This document shows, piece after piece, positions 28,018 through 37,922 of a stretch of 64,000 nt of DNA. The DNA comes from Pedobacter sp. GTDB lineage: Bacteria; Desulfobacterota; Desulfuromonadia; Desulfuromonadales; Syntrophotaleaceae. The stretch lies in the NCBI GenBank assembly GCA_050253415.1, contig JBFWJC010000001.1, positions 1,192,679 through 1,256,678 on the forward strand. The letters are read 5' to 3'. How positions within the stretch are numbered: position 1 is the first letter of the stretch; the number at the start of each line of letters is the position of its first letter. Made by a program: the position numbers and the translations under genes. The notes beneath the pieces are model-generated. The model was not told the origin of the DNA. It searched no databases and saw nothing but the letters and a program-made list of their open reading frames with translations.

Positions 28018-29682
28018 ATGAGCAAGAAGCTGTTGCTGGCCGATGATAGTATTACCATCCAAAAGGTGGTTGGAATCATCTTCGCAAATGAAGATTGCAG
28101 CCTTGCAGTCGTTGGAGATGGCGATTCCGCTTTGGCTGCTATCCGTTCTGAGCGGCCTGACCTGATTATGGCTGATGTTCTCATGCCAGGGAAAAATGGC
28201 TATGAACTATGTGCCGCAGTGAAACAGGATCCCGCCTTGCGGGACGTGCCTGTCTTGTTGCTTACCGGGACTTTCGAACCGTTTGATGAAGCTCGTGCCC
28301 GTGCTGCAGGCGTCGATGACTGGATTGTGAAACCTTTTGAGTCGCAAGCCCTGCTTGACAAAGTGGCAGAACTTCTGGCCAAAGTTCCCGCGCCTGCTGT
28401 TGCCGATCTCCCTCTCCCTGAACTTGAAGACGATTTTGACGTCGTTGAAGACTTTATGGAGCAGGTGGGGACGGATGCCGATATGTGGCAAGAACTTCCT
28501 GAAACTTCCTTGGGGGTATCTGCTGCTGAAACTGTTCCCGGCGATCAGCCTTCCTTGCCTGAATCAACTACCGATGATTTTGATGAGCCGTTTTTTGCCG
28601 AGATGGCAAGTGGTCCTGAAGCTGTCATTCCTTCAGCGGCTGAAGAACTCGCCGATCGTTTTGATTCCTTTGAGTCGTCCATGCCAGACCCGATATCGGA
28701 AGTTGCTTCCGGGTGTCTTGTCGATGAAGAGGATATACCGCTTGCCGTGGCTCCCGGGGCTGAGGACGCTGTCGACAGTTCAGAAAGTAATCTTTGGCTG
28801 GATGAAACGGATGCGGACGAGGTTCTGTTTCTCGACGAGGATGATATTCTGGACGAAGATCTTCTCGCGGAAGATCTTGCAGCTGAACGGACCGCCGATT
28901 TGTCTTTTGAGTCGGGTGCTGATGTGTTCAGTTCCGAGGCGGATAGCGTGACGCCTCTGCCCTGCTCGGATTCAGATGCCACCACGGACGTACAAGAATC
29001 TTTTGAGCCGGTTGCTGAGCCGGTTGCTGAGCCGGTTGCTGAGCCGGTTGCTGAGCCGGTTGCTGAGCCGGTCGCTGAGCCGGTTGATGAGCCGGTCGCT
29101 GAGCCGGTTGATGAGCCGGTTGTTGAGCCGGTTGTTGAGCCGGTTGTTGAGCCGGTTGTTGAGCCGGTTGTTGAGCCGGTTGTTGAGCCGGTTGTTGAGC
29201 CGGTCGCTGAACCGGTCGCTGAACCGGTCGCTGAACCGGTAAATCGGGATGGTCTTGGTTTCTTCCAGAATCCTGGGCTCGTGGCCAAAATAGCTGCACC
29301 CCCTAAACGGGATGGGCTTGGATTCTTCCAGAGTGCAGGGCTTGTCGCTCGATTGGCCCAGCCAGCCGTGGTTCCTGTCGAGGTAGAAGAACCCGCTCCA
29401 GCTATTGAACTGGAAGAGGAGGTTTTTGCGGCGCCTGAGATTCCTGTAGCTGAGGTACCTGTGGCTGAAGTTTCTTCTGGCATCACCTCACCCGAAGAAG
29501 TGGAGAAACGGGTTGAGGGGCTTTCGGAGGACGACTTGAACCGCATTGTCGAAAAGGTAGCTGCTTCGGTTGTTGAACGTCTAGCCGGCACGATTCTGGA
29601 GCGTATCGCCTGGGAGGTTGTGCCCGATCTGGCGGAAAGTATCATTCGGGAAGAAATCCGGCACATAACTGCAAAATCCTGA
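28018..29682 (+). CDS. romR: RomR-like response regulator (receiver, long acidic/Pro-rich linker, RomR-C helix)
   Basis: Receiver LLADDSITIQKVV..IMAD..LLTG..KPF; C-terminal ILERIAWEVVPDLAESIIREEI. Directly upstream of valS, matching my recollection of the Myxococcus arrangement. Confidence 0.75.
   Translation: MSKKLLLADDSITIQKVVGIIFANEDCSLAVVGDGDSALAAIRSERPDLIMADVLMPGKNGYELCAAVKQDPALRDVPVLLLTGTFEPFDEARARAAGVDDWIVKPFESQALLDKVAELLAKVPAPAVADLPLPELEDDFDVVEDFMEQVGTDADMWQELPETSLGVSAAETVPGDQPSLPESTTDDFDEPFFAEMASGPEAVIPSAAEELADRFDSFESSMPDPISEVASGCLVDEEDIPLAVAPGAEDAVDSSESNLWLDETDADEVLFLDEDDILDEDLLAEDLAAERTADLSFESGADVFSSEADSVTPLPCSDSDATTDVQESFEPVAEPVAEPVAEPVAEPVAEPVAEPVDEPVAEPVDEPVVEPVVEPVVEPVVEPVVEPVVEPVVEPVAEPVAEPVAEPVNRDGLGFFQNPGLVAKIAAPPKRDGLGFFQSAGLVARLAQPAVVPVEVEEPAPAIELEEEVFAAPEIPVAEVPVAEVSSGITSPEEVEKRVEGLSEDDLNRIVEKVAASVVERLAGTILERIAWEVVPDLAESIIREEIRHITAKS
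29005..29244 (+). repeat. In-frame 12-bp tandem repeat, 20 copies encoding EPV(A/D/V/N)
   Basis: Unit GARCCGGTYGHT, counted from both the sequence and the translation. Confidence 0.95.
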
Positions 29683-29845
29683 TAATCGACGATGCTGGGT
29701 TTCTGCTGTGCCGACCAGGAACGGTAGGTACCTTGGATCGGGGTGCAATACAGAAGATGCCCGATGTGACACGATATCAGCTTGTGTTCCGATCCGTTGG
29801 AGGGTGCCGGCTTTGCGATAAACCTGCTCGTTGCAGGCTGAATAG

Positions 29846-29874
29846 TTGACGTACCGAACGGGGATTGCTAAAAT
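29846..29874 (+). promoter_or_regulatory. Putative sigma70 promoter for valS
   Basis: TTGACG, 17-bp spacer, TAAAAT with an extended TGn. Confidence 0.65.
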
Positions 29875-29889
29875 CCCCGTTTGTTTTTT
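29856..29889 (+). terminator. Terminator-like hairpin downstream of romR, overlapping the valS promoter
   Basis: GAACGGGGATT-gctaa-AATCCCCGTTT followed by GTTTTTT. Confidence 0.65.
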
Positions 29890-29946
29890 GTCGGTGTGTG
29901 ATTGGCACCCCGGCCATGCATGCATTGCTTAAAGGATGGACTGCCC

Positions 29947-32604
29947 ATGGAACCGAAACTCCCCAAAGGTTACGAGCCTCATGATGTAGAGGCCAAATGG
30001 TATAAATTCTGGACCGATAACGGTTTGTTTCATGCCGATGAGGCTTCCGTGAAACCTCCGTTTTCCATCGTTATTCCCCCCCCAAATGTTACCGGCGTTC
30101 TGCACATGGGGCATGCTCTCAATAATACCCTGCAGGATATTCTGGTCCGTTGGAAAAGTATGGAAGGTTGCGAGGTGTTATGGCAACCCGGGACCGATCA
30201 TGCCGGCATTGCCACGCAAAACGTGGTGGAAAAACAACTGGCTGCCGAAGGCAGTAGTCGTCACGACCTCGGTCGTGACGGTTTTGTCGATCGGGTTTGG
30301 CAGTGGCGCACCGAGTCCGGCGGGCAGATCATTAACCAGTTGAAACGTCTTGGATCCTCCTGCGATTGGGAGCGTGAACGTTTCACCATGGATGAGGGGT
30401 TGTCGCGCGCTGTACGTGAAGTGTTCGTCACTTTATACGAAGAAGGTCTGATCTATCGGGATAATCGCTTGATCAACTGGTGTCCGCGCTGTCATACCGC
30501 ATTGTCGGATCTGGAAGTGGAGCACCAGGACCAGAAGGGCAGTCTTTGGCACCTTCGCTATCCTGTGGTCGGCACCGACCGTTACCTGGTGGTGGCGACG
30601 ACGCGTCCGGAAACCATGTTGGGCGACAGCGCCGTTGCGGTGCATCCTGAGGATGAGCGCTATGCCGATCTGATCGGCAAGTCGATCATGTTGCCGTTGA
30701 TGGAACGGCCGATTCCGATTATTGCCGATGATTATGTCGATAAAGAATTCGGCAGCGGGGCGGTAAAGATAACCCCGGCTCATGATTTTAACGATTTTGA
30801 AATCGGCAAGCGGCATAATCTCGAATTTATCAATATCTTCGATGAATCCGGCGTCGTCAATGTAAACGGAGGGGGCTACCAGGGCCTGGAGCGTTTTGAG
30901 GCACGCAAACAGGTGCTGGCGGATCTGGATGCCGCCGGCTTACTGGAGCGGGTCGATGAGCATCTTAATGCGGTAGGCGAATGCTATCGTTGCAAAACGG
31001 TTATCGAACCATATATGAGTCTGCAATGGTATGTAAATGTGCAGCCTTTGGCCGAGAAAGCTATTGAAGCTGTACAGACCGGACAGACCCGCATTATCCC
31101 TCAACAATGGGAAAAGACCTACTACGAGTGGATGTTTAACATCCGGGATTGGTGTATCAGTCGCCAGATCTGGTGGGGGCACCGGATCCCCGCCTGGTTC
31201 TGCGGTACCTGCAACGAGATCACCGTTTCCCGTGAAGATCCGACCGTTTGCGCCCATTGCGGAGCCACTGAACTCCGTCAGGAAACCGATGTCCTAGACA
31301 CTTGGTTCAGCTCGGCCCTGTGGCCTTTCTCCACGATGGGCTGGCCCGATAAAACAGCAACCCTGGAGAAATTCTATCCGACTTCCTGTCTGGTGACCGG
31401 ATTCGATATCCTGTTTTTCTGGGTGGCGCGCATGATGATGATGGGCATTAAGTTCATGGGCGAAGTACCTTTCAAGGATGTCTACATCCATGCTCTGGTG
31501 CGGGATGCGCAGGGGCAGAAAATGAGTAAGAGTAAGGGAAATGTCATTGATCCCCTCACCGTTATTGATGAGTATGGGACCGATGCTTTCCGTTTTACCC
31601 TCGCGGCGTTTGCCGCTCAGGGGCGTGATGTCAAGCTTTCCGTTGATCGTATTGCAGGGTATCGCAACTTCGTCAACAAACTCTGGAATGCCAGTCGTTT
31701 CGCGCTCATGAACCTCGAAGGTTTTGAACCTGCCACGACCAATCTGGACTGCAGTATGCTGACTCTCGCCGAGAGGTGGATCCTTACACGGTTGGCGGAT
31801 GCAGCCAAAGAAACCAGTCTAGCTCTGGAAGAATACAAATTTAACGAAGCTGCCAGCGTTCTTTACGCGTTTACCTGGCACGAGTTCTGTGACTGGTTTA
31901 TCGAGCTCAGCAAAGATGATCTTTACGGGGAAGACCTAACCCGCAAAACTACGGCTCAGACCGTGCTTTACACTGTGCTGGAGCAGTTGCTGCGTCTGTT
32001 GCATCCTTTCATGCCTTTTATTACAGAAGAAATCTGGCAGGCATTGCCCGGTGCCCGTCCGACCGTATCGATCATGTCCGCTCCTTTTTCCAGCGTGGCG
32101 ACGCTGCCTGTAGATCCGCAGGGTGCGGCACGGATGGAACTGGTTATGGATGTCATCAAAGGGATTCGTAATATCCGGGGGGAAATGAATGTCCCTCCAG
32201 GTAAACGGATTGCCGCGGTTTTGGAATGTAAAACGGAGGATGCTGCCGACGTGCTGGCTGCGGGCGAGGGGTATATCAAGAGCCTTGCGCGGGTTGACTC
32301 TCTTGTCTTTGGTGTGTCTGTCGAACGCCCGGCGCAGGCGGCCACACAGGTTGCAGGGGAGGTCGAGATCCTACTGCCCCTCGCCGGCCTGATCGATCTG
32401 GATGAGGAGCAAAAGCGTCTGGAAAAGGAAATCGCCAAGGTTGAAAAGGATGTTGTTATGTTCAGTAAGAAGCTCTCCAACGAATCCTTTTTGGCCAAGG
32501 CCCCCCCAGAAGTTCTGGAAAAGGATCAACAGAAATTGACCGATGCCCAGGAAAAACTGGCAATCTTGCAGCAGAGCCTGGATAAAATCGTTTCGTTAAA
32601 ATAG
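29947..32604 (+). CDS. valS: Valine--tRNA ligase
   Basis: PPPNVTGVLHMGH, DHAGIATQ, DWCISRQIWWGH, KMSKS and a C-terminal coiled coil. Confidence 0.98.
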   Translation: MEPKLPKGYEPHDVEAKWYKFWTDNGLFHADEASVKPPFSIVIPPPNVTGVLHMGHALNNTLQDILVRWKSMEGCEVLWQPGTDHAGIATQNVVEKQLAAEGSSRHDLGRDGFVDRVWQWRTESGGQIINQLKRLGSSCDWERERFTMDEGLSRAVREVFVTLYEEGLIYRDNRLINWCPRCHTALSDLEVEHQDQKGSLWHLRYPVVGTDRYLVVATTRPETMLGDSAVAVHPEDERYADLIGKSIMLPLMERPIPIIADDYVDKEFGSGAVKITPAHDFNDFEIGKRHNLEFINIFDESGVVNVNGGGYQGLERFEARKQVLADLDAAGLLERVDEHLNAVGECYRCKTVIEPYMSLQWYVNVQPLAEKAIEAVQTGQTRIIPQQWEKTYYEWMFNIRDWCISRQIWWGHRIPAWFCGTCNEITVSREDPTVCAHCGATELRQETDVLDTWFSSALWPFSTMGWPDKTATLEKFYPTSCLVTGFDILFFWVARMMMMGIKFMGEVPFKDVYIHALVRDAQGQKMSKSKGNVIDPLTVIDEYGTDAFRFTLAAFAAQGRDVKLSVDRIAGYRNFVNKLWNASRFALMNLEGFEPATTNLDCSMLTLAERWILTRLADAAKETSLALEEYKFNEAASVLYAFTWHEFCDWFIELSKDDLYGEDLTRKTTAQTVLYTVLEQLLRLLHPFMPFITEEIWQALPGARPTVSIMSAPFSSVATLPVDPQGAARMELVMDVIKGIRNIRGEMNVPPGKRIAAVLECKTEDAADVLAAGEGYIKSLARVDSLVFGVSVERPAQAATQVAGEVEILLPLAGLIDLDEEQKRLEKEIAKVEKDVVMFSKKLSNESFLAKAPPEVLEKDQQKLTDAQEKLAILQQSLDKIVSLK

Positions 32605-32690
32605 CAGGATTAGAAAGCTTACTGCTGTATCAGCCGTTGCAATGTTGGTTTGTATCCAGCGTTACTATTTCGGCTAGACCTGTACTATAC

Positions 32691-32726
32691 AAAGCCCGTC
32701 CAACCCTAAGGTTGGCGGGCTTTTTT
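32691..32726 (+). terminator. Intrinsic terminator after valS
   Basis: AAAGCCCG(t)CCAACC-ctaa-GGTTGGCGGGCTTTTTT. Confidence 0.8.
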
Positions 32727-32854
32727 CATTGATGTGGTTTTTTCCAGGGGGTGAATGTCTTGACAAATATGTCATGTTTCCTAGTCTTAAGTTAAGCTAG
32801 TTAAAATTAATTGGTTGATACTTATGGTATTGAGGACGTTCTGAGTGGTACGCG

Positions 32855-35512
32855 TTGGCAAGAGCCAAAGATGAGGAGACTGCAGCTGTGACATGGCCCT
32901 GGAAACAACTGTTAGGCTTGGGATTGCTGATCCTGATTCTGAATGGCACCCTGCTGCTGTTGAGCTCTAAAGTTTTCCTCGGGAGTTATATCCGTCTGGA
33001 AAATAACCTTGCCCAGGAAACTGTGCAGCGCGGGGTCGGCGTCTATCAGGACGAGTTGGCCTTTCTGGAACGCATAACCAAGGACTGGGCCAACTGGGAT
33101 GACGCATACCGGTTTATGCAGACCCGTGACCCGGGCTTTTCTGACAGCAATCTCGTTGATAGCACTTTTTCCACCCTCAATGTCAACGTTATATTGTTTC
33201 TGGATAAAAACGGGGCGATTGTCGCCGGCAAGGCGTTCGATCTTGCCGGACAGCTCGAGGTACCCGTCTACCGCGGGTTACAGGAGGCGCTGGGCACCGA
33301 AAAGACCTATGAACGGCTGAAAATCGAGAGTCAGGGTGTCAATGGTCTGCTGAGCCTGCCGGAAGGCTTCCTGATGCTGGCCTGCCAGCCTGTGTTAACC
33401 GGTGAAAGACAGGGTCCTCCGCGGGGCACGTTGCTGATGGGGCGGTTCCTGGATGACAGCGAGTTGCACAGACTGAGCGCCAAGGCGAATCTTCCCATGG
33501 AATTCAGCCGCCTTCAATCGGGGCGTGAATGGCCTGCATGGTCCAGGGGAACGGGTGGCGAACCCGAGATTTTGTTGCGCACGGTCAATGCTAGAAGTCT
33601 GCGATCTCGTATTCTGTTGCGCGATATTTTCGGGGCGCCTGCCGTAGTCATGGCGGTCAGTCTGCCGAGGGATCTTTACAATCAGGGGCGCCACGCCATG
33701 CTTTACCTGCATCTCTGGATGCTTCTGGCAAGTGTTTTGGGCGGGCTAGGCGTCTTTATCGTCTGGGGGAGGCTACGGGGATCACAGCAAAAACAGCGTG
33801 ACAGTGAACATCTCTTCCAACATTTATTTCAGTTTTCCGCCGATGCTTTTTTTCTTTGTGACGAAGAGGGGCGGTTTGTGGATGTCAACCATCAGGCATG
33901 TGCAGGACTTGGCTTCTCCCGCCAGGAACTCTTATCTCTAAGTTGGAACGATATTACTATAGCCGCCATTGGTGATCTGATGTCCCGCACCCGACGTTTG
34001 AGCACCGCGCCGCCGAGCCCCATGGAAGCCATGTTCAGGGGAGCCGCTGACCATGCGTTTCCGGGGGATATCAGCGTCAGTCGTCTTGAATTGCAGGGAC
34101 AGAGTTTTTTCTTCGTGCTGGTGAGGGATATCACTGAGCGAAAGATCTCCGATGACCTGTTGCGTGAGCAAAAGGATCGGCTTAATTATCTTGCCTACCA
34201 CGATGTGCTGACCAGTCTGCCCAATCGTCTAAAGGCCATTGAGGTTCTTCAGACCTTTATTGCGCGCGCCAAACATCGGGACTCCATGGTCGGGGTGTTG
34301 CTGTTTGATATCGACCGATTCAAAAATATCAATGAATCTCTTGGGCATGAGACGGGAGACGAAATTTTGATGGAAATAGCAACCCGGATTCAGGGGCTTC
34401 TGCGCGATACGGATGTGGTGGCTCGTTTTGGCGGGGATGAATTCATGGTGTTGCTGGAACATGTGGAAGATGGGGAGGGGATAAAAACGGTTGCGGAAAA
34501 AATCCTCGAAGCGATAGCGCGGCCTCTGCATATCAAGGAACAACAGTTTTATCTCACCGGCAGCATCGGAATCAGTCTTTATCCTAAGCATGGAGAAGAT
34601 GTCCAGTCGATTCTAAAGGCAGCGGACAGCGCTATGTATTTTGCCAAAGATCAGGGACGCAATACGTTTCGGTTTTTCATCCCGATGCTTAAGGTCGATG
34701 TTGAAGCAAGGCTTTATCTCGAAACGGACCTGCGGCAGGCCCTTGAACAAAAACAGTTTGTGTTGTTTTATCAGCCTGAGTTTAATCTCAATACCGGCAA
34801 GGTGGAATGTCTGGAAGCCTTGGTGCGTTGGCAACACCCTAGCCGCGGCGTGGTAGGACCAGGGGAATTTATCCCCCTCGCAGAGGATACGGGACTGATC
34901 GTTCCGATTGGCGAATGGGTTCTGCAGGAGGCTTGCAGACAGGTGATGGCCTGGAGGCAGTTGGGACTTCCTCCGGTGAAGGTGGCCGTTAATATTTCAG
35001 CACGGCAGTTTCGGCAGTCCGGGTTTATTGAAATGGTATATCGTGTTCTAAAGCAAAGTGGCATGCCTGTGGAGTTGCTGGAACTTGAAATTACCGAAAG
35101 CATGGTTATTCAAAGTGCCGAGCACGCTCGGAACATGCTGAAAATGTTGCGACAGACCGGCATTTGTCTGGCCGTCGATGATTTTGGTCTGGGGTATTCT
35201 TCGCTGAGTTATCTTAAGCAATATCCCTTTTCCAAATTGAAAATGGATCGAGAATTTGTCAAAAATGTTGTAACCAATGCCAATGACAAAGCCATTGCTG
35301 CAGCGATTGTCTCCATGGGTACCAGCTTGGGGCTGGAGGTCGTTGCCGAGGGCATTGAAGGGCAGGAGCAGTTGGAGGCCCTTCGCGATTTGGGATGCCC
35401 TGCCGGTCAGGGATTTTACTTGACGGTCCCCCAAGATGCCGAGGAAACCGGACGGTTTCTTGCCTGTACCATGGGAGAGAACTCCCGTGTGGTTAAAGCC
35501 TTCAGGGCATAA
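32855..35512 (+). CDS. CHASE4-PAS-GGDEF-EAL diguanylate cyclase/phosphodiesterase
   Basis: TM, CHASE4 motif DWANWDDAYRF, TM, PAS, RDTD I-site with GGDEF, EAL and DDFGLGYSS. Confidence 0.92.
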   Translation: MARAKDEETAAVTWPWKQLLGLGLLILILNGTLLLLSSKVFLGSYIRLENNLAQETVQRGVGVYQDELAFLERITKDWANWDDAYRFMQTRDPGFSDSNLVDSTFSTLNVNVILFLDKNGAIVAGKAFDLAGQLEVPVYRGLQEALGTEKTYERLKIESQGVNGLLSLPEGFLMLACQPVLTGERQGPPRGTLLMGRFLDDSELHRLSAKANLPMEFSRLQSGREWPAWSRGTGGEPEILLRTVNARSLRSRILLRDIFGAPAVVMAVSLPRDLYNQGRHAMLYLHLWMLLASVLGGLGVFIVWGRLRGSQQKQRDSEHLFQHLFQFSADAFFLCDEEGRFVDVNHQACAGLGFSRQELLSLSWNDITIAAIGDLMSRTRRLSTAPPSPMEAMFRGAADHAFPGDISVSRLELQGQSFFFVLVRDITERKISDDLLREQKDRLNYLAYHDVLTSLPNRLKAIEVLQTFIARAKHRDSMVGVLLFDIDRFKNINESLGHETGDEILMEIATRIQGLLRDTDVVARFGGDEFMVLLEHVEDGEGIKTVAEKILEAIARPLHIKEQQFYLTGSIGISLYPKHGEDVQSILKAADSAMYFAKDQGRNTFRFFIPMLKVDVEARLYLETDLRQALEQKQFVLFYQPEFNLNTGKVECLEALVRWQHPSRGVVGPGEFIPLAEDTGLIVPIGEWVLQEACRQVMAWRQLGLPPVKVAVNISARQFRQSGFIEMVYRVLKQSGMPVELLELEITESMVIQSAEHARNMLKMLRQTGICLAVDDFGLGYSSLSYLKQYPFSKLKMDREFVKNVVTNANDKAIAAAIVSMGTSLGLEVVAEGIEGQEQLEALRDLGCPAGQGFYLTVPQDAEETGRFLACTMGENSRVVKAFRA

Positions 35513-35522
35513 TGTCAGGGCA

Positions 35523-37871
35523 TCAAGGTTCTATTTCAGTGGTTTTGAGCAGCTGAGTAAGGCATGCGCGAATTTCACTGCTTTCTCCCATTTTTAATAT
35601 CCGTTTGCCCATTTTTTCCGCCTCAAGACTGGATATGCGACTCAACATCATTTTCATGCGAGGTATGAACGGTGCCGCCATGGAGAATTCGCGAATCCCC
35701 ATACCGATCAGGGCCAGTAGATTCAGAGGGTCATTAGCCATTTCGCCGCACAGACAAAGCCCCTTGCCCTGTTTCTGCGCAATGCGTGCGACATTATGGA
35801 GGACTTGTAACACTGCCGGGTGCAGAGGGTCGTAATACCGGTTGACCAGGGGATTGTTGCGATCAGCCGCCAGAAGGTATTGAATCAGGTCGTTGGTACC
35901 CAGGGCAAAAAAGTCGACTTCACGGGCCAACCAGTCGGCAAGTTGTACGGCCGCCGGTACTTCGACCATCATCCCCAGGGGGACATCCGCGACAAACGGT
36001 ACTCCTTCCTTCCTTAGATTCTGACAGGCCTCCTCGACGACGGCTTTGCAGGCCCGGATTTCTTCCACTCCCGAAATCATTGGGAACAGCATTTTCACCG
36101 GACCATGGCAGGCGGCCATGAGAATCGCCTCGATTTGAGTCCGGAAGATATCCAGGTTGTCCAGCGAGACGCGTACCGAACGCCATCCCATAAAAGGGTT
36201 TTCTTCATGGGGTGGCCGGAAATATGGGAGCGCCTTGTCCCCACCGATATCGAGGGTGCGGATGGTGACAGGTTTCCCGTCGAAGCCTTTGATCACCCGG
36301 GAATAGAGCTTATACTGCTCCTCACGGCTGGGGAAATCGGGGCGGATCATGTAGGGGAATTCGGTACGGTAAAGCCCGACCCCTTCGGCACCGTTACGCC
36401 GGGCGATTTCGATGTCGCTGACCAGACCGACGTTGGCACGCAGTATGATCTTCACGCCGTCGCTGGTTTGCGCCGGCAGATCGCGAAATTTTTCGATCTG
36501 GTGCATTTGCCGACCGGCATCTTCTTCCAGCCTGCGGTATTCATCCGCTACCTGCGGGTCGGGATTGATGTGCAGCAGTCCCGAGTTGGCATCGAGGATG
36601 ACATGGTCCTCCGGTGCCACATTTTTAAGGGCTCCCCGCACCCCCACAAGCGCCGGTATGCCAAGAGATTTGGCCATAATGACTGCATGGGAATTACGTT
36701 CCCCGGCTTCGGTGACGATGCCGCGAATCTGCTCGTGATCGAGGGCAGCCATGTCCGAAGGCAGGATTTCCCGTGCGATGAGAATCCCCGGGTGTTTCAG
36801 CTGCAGTGGGTGGGGATCCTGCCCCGCCAGATTGGCCATCAGGCGGCGGCCGATGTCGCGCATGTCGGCCGCGCGTTCGCGCAGGTAGGGGTCTTCCATT
36901 TTTTCAAAGGCTTCGACATAGTTGCCGATAACCCTTTCCACGGCATAGCGTGCCCCGTGGCCCTGCTCGATTTCGTCCTGAAGCCGTTTAAGCATGGCGC
37001 GGTCTTCAAGAATCATTAAATGGGTGTGGAAGATGGAGGCGTCGGCTTGAGAGAGTCTTTCCGCCATGCGTTTTTCAAGGTAAATGGTCTGAATGCGGGT
37101 TTGCTCCAAGGCCTCTTCCAGGAGCGATTCTTCCTTCGCCTGATCGAGGACTTCCTCGTCGAGAATGTCGGTAAGACCGTGTTCGGCAGACATGACATGG
37201 GCGGCTCCCGCGACCAGCCCCGGATAGGCAACCACTCCTCGCAGGGCGCTTTCCCTTGTTGTTTCGAGTTTTTGAGCTGATTCGGCAGGGCGTGTTGTTC
37301 CTGCCGCCTGTCGCAGCGCCTCGGCATAGCGGTTGGCTTGCGCCTCCTTGTGCTGGATGGAATCGAGCAGGCGCGCATTGACCACGATCGAGGCCACCTG
37401 AAAGGCAATGGTCGAAAGGGCGCTGATGTCTTCATCGCTGAACTTGCGAGAGGCACGGCTCTGAACAATAAGTGCCCCGATGGGGATATTCCGGTCGAAT
37501 AGCGGAATACCCAGAAAACTATGGAACCTTTCCTCCCCGGTTTCCTTGAAGTAACGATAACGCGGATGGTTCTGCGGTTCCTGCAAGGCCACCACTTTGC
37601 ACTCTTCCACCACCAGGCCGGTCAAGCCTTCGCTCACCTTCATGGTGACTCGGCCGACAGCACGGCGGGACAGACCCTTGGTGGCCCGCAATCGCAGAGT
37701 ATGCCGGTCTTCATCCAGTAGATAAATGGAACAGACGTCCGATATGGTGCGTCGCGCCACCACGGATACGATATTGTGCAGGGTTTCGTGCAGGTCGTGC
37801 GACTTGAGAATAAGCGTGCTGATATCCTCAAGGGTGCGAAGCCCAATGTGGTTTATATTTCTTGATGCCAT
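35523..37871 (-). CDS. ptsP: GAF-containing PEP-protein phosphotransferase (enzyme I-Ntr)
   Basis: N-terminal GAF; NSHAVIMA phospho-His region; GVGLYRTEF, RTLDIGGDK, EENPFMGWR, GTNDLIQY, CGEMA. Confidence 0.92.
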   Translation of the reverse strand: MASRNINHIGLRTLEDISTLILKSHDLHETLHNIVSVVARRTISDVCSIYLLDEDRHTLRLRATKGLSRRAVGRVTMKVSEGLTGLVVEECKVVALQEPQNHPRYRYFKETGEERFHSFLGIPLFDRNIPIGALIVQSRASRKFSDEDISALSTIAFQVASIVVNARLLDSIQHKEAQANRYAEALRQAAGTTRPAESAQKLETTRESALRGVVAYPGLVAGAAHVMSAEHGLTDILDEEVLDQAKEESLLEEALEQTRIQTIYLEKRMAERLSQADASIFHTHLMILEDRAMLKRLQDEIEQGHGARYAVERVIGNYVEAFEKMEDPYLRERAADMRDIGRRLMANLAGQDPHPLQLKHPGILIAREILPSDMAALDHEQIRGIVTEAGERNSHAVIMAKSLGIPALVGVRGALKNVAPEDHVILDANSGLLHINPDPQVADEYRRLEEDAGRQMHQIEKFRDLPAQTSDGVKIILRANVGLVSDIEIARRNGAEGVGLYRTEFPYMIRPDFPSREEQYKLYSRVIKGFDGKPVTIRTLDIGGDKALPYFRPPHEENPFMGWRSVRVSLDNLDIFRTQIEAILMAACHGPVKMLFPMISGVEEIRACKAVVEEACQNLRKEGVPFVADVPLGMMVEVPAAVQLADWLAREVDFFALGTNDLIQYLLAADRNNPLVNRYYDPLHPAVLQVLHNVARIAQKQGKGLCLCGEMANDPLNLLALIGMGIREFSMAAPFIPRMKMMLSRISSLEAEKMGKRILKMGESSEIRACLTQLLKTTEIEP

Positions 37872-37922
37872 GATGTCAGGCCTTTCAAGGTATGTGGCTG
37901 GTATGGGGCCTTGTTTGCAATA

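Noticed and set aside
28545..29666. Ser/Thr/Gly-rich antisense ORF, plus the QQPA and LLSR repeat ORFs
   Set aside because: They are alternative-frame readings of the 12-bp repeat inside romR.
29683..29946. T-box riboswitch upstream of valS
   Set aside because: No UGGNACC antiterminator motif is suitably placed. The hairpin overlaps the predicted promoter, so it would not be in the valS leader.
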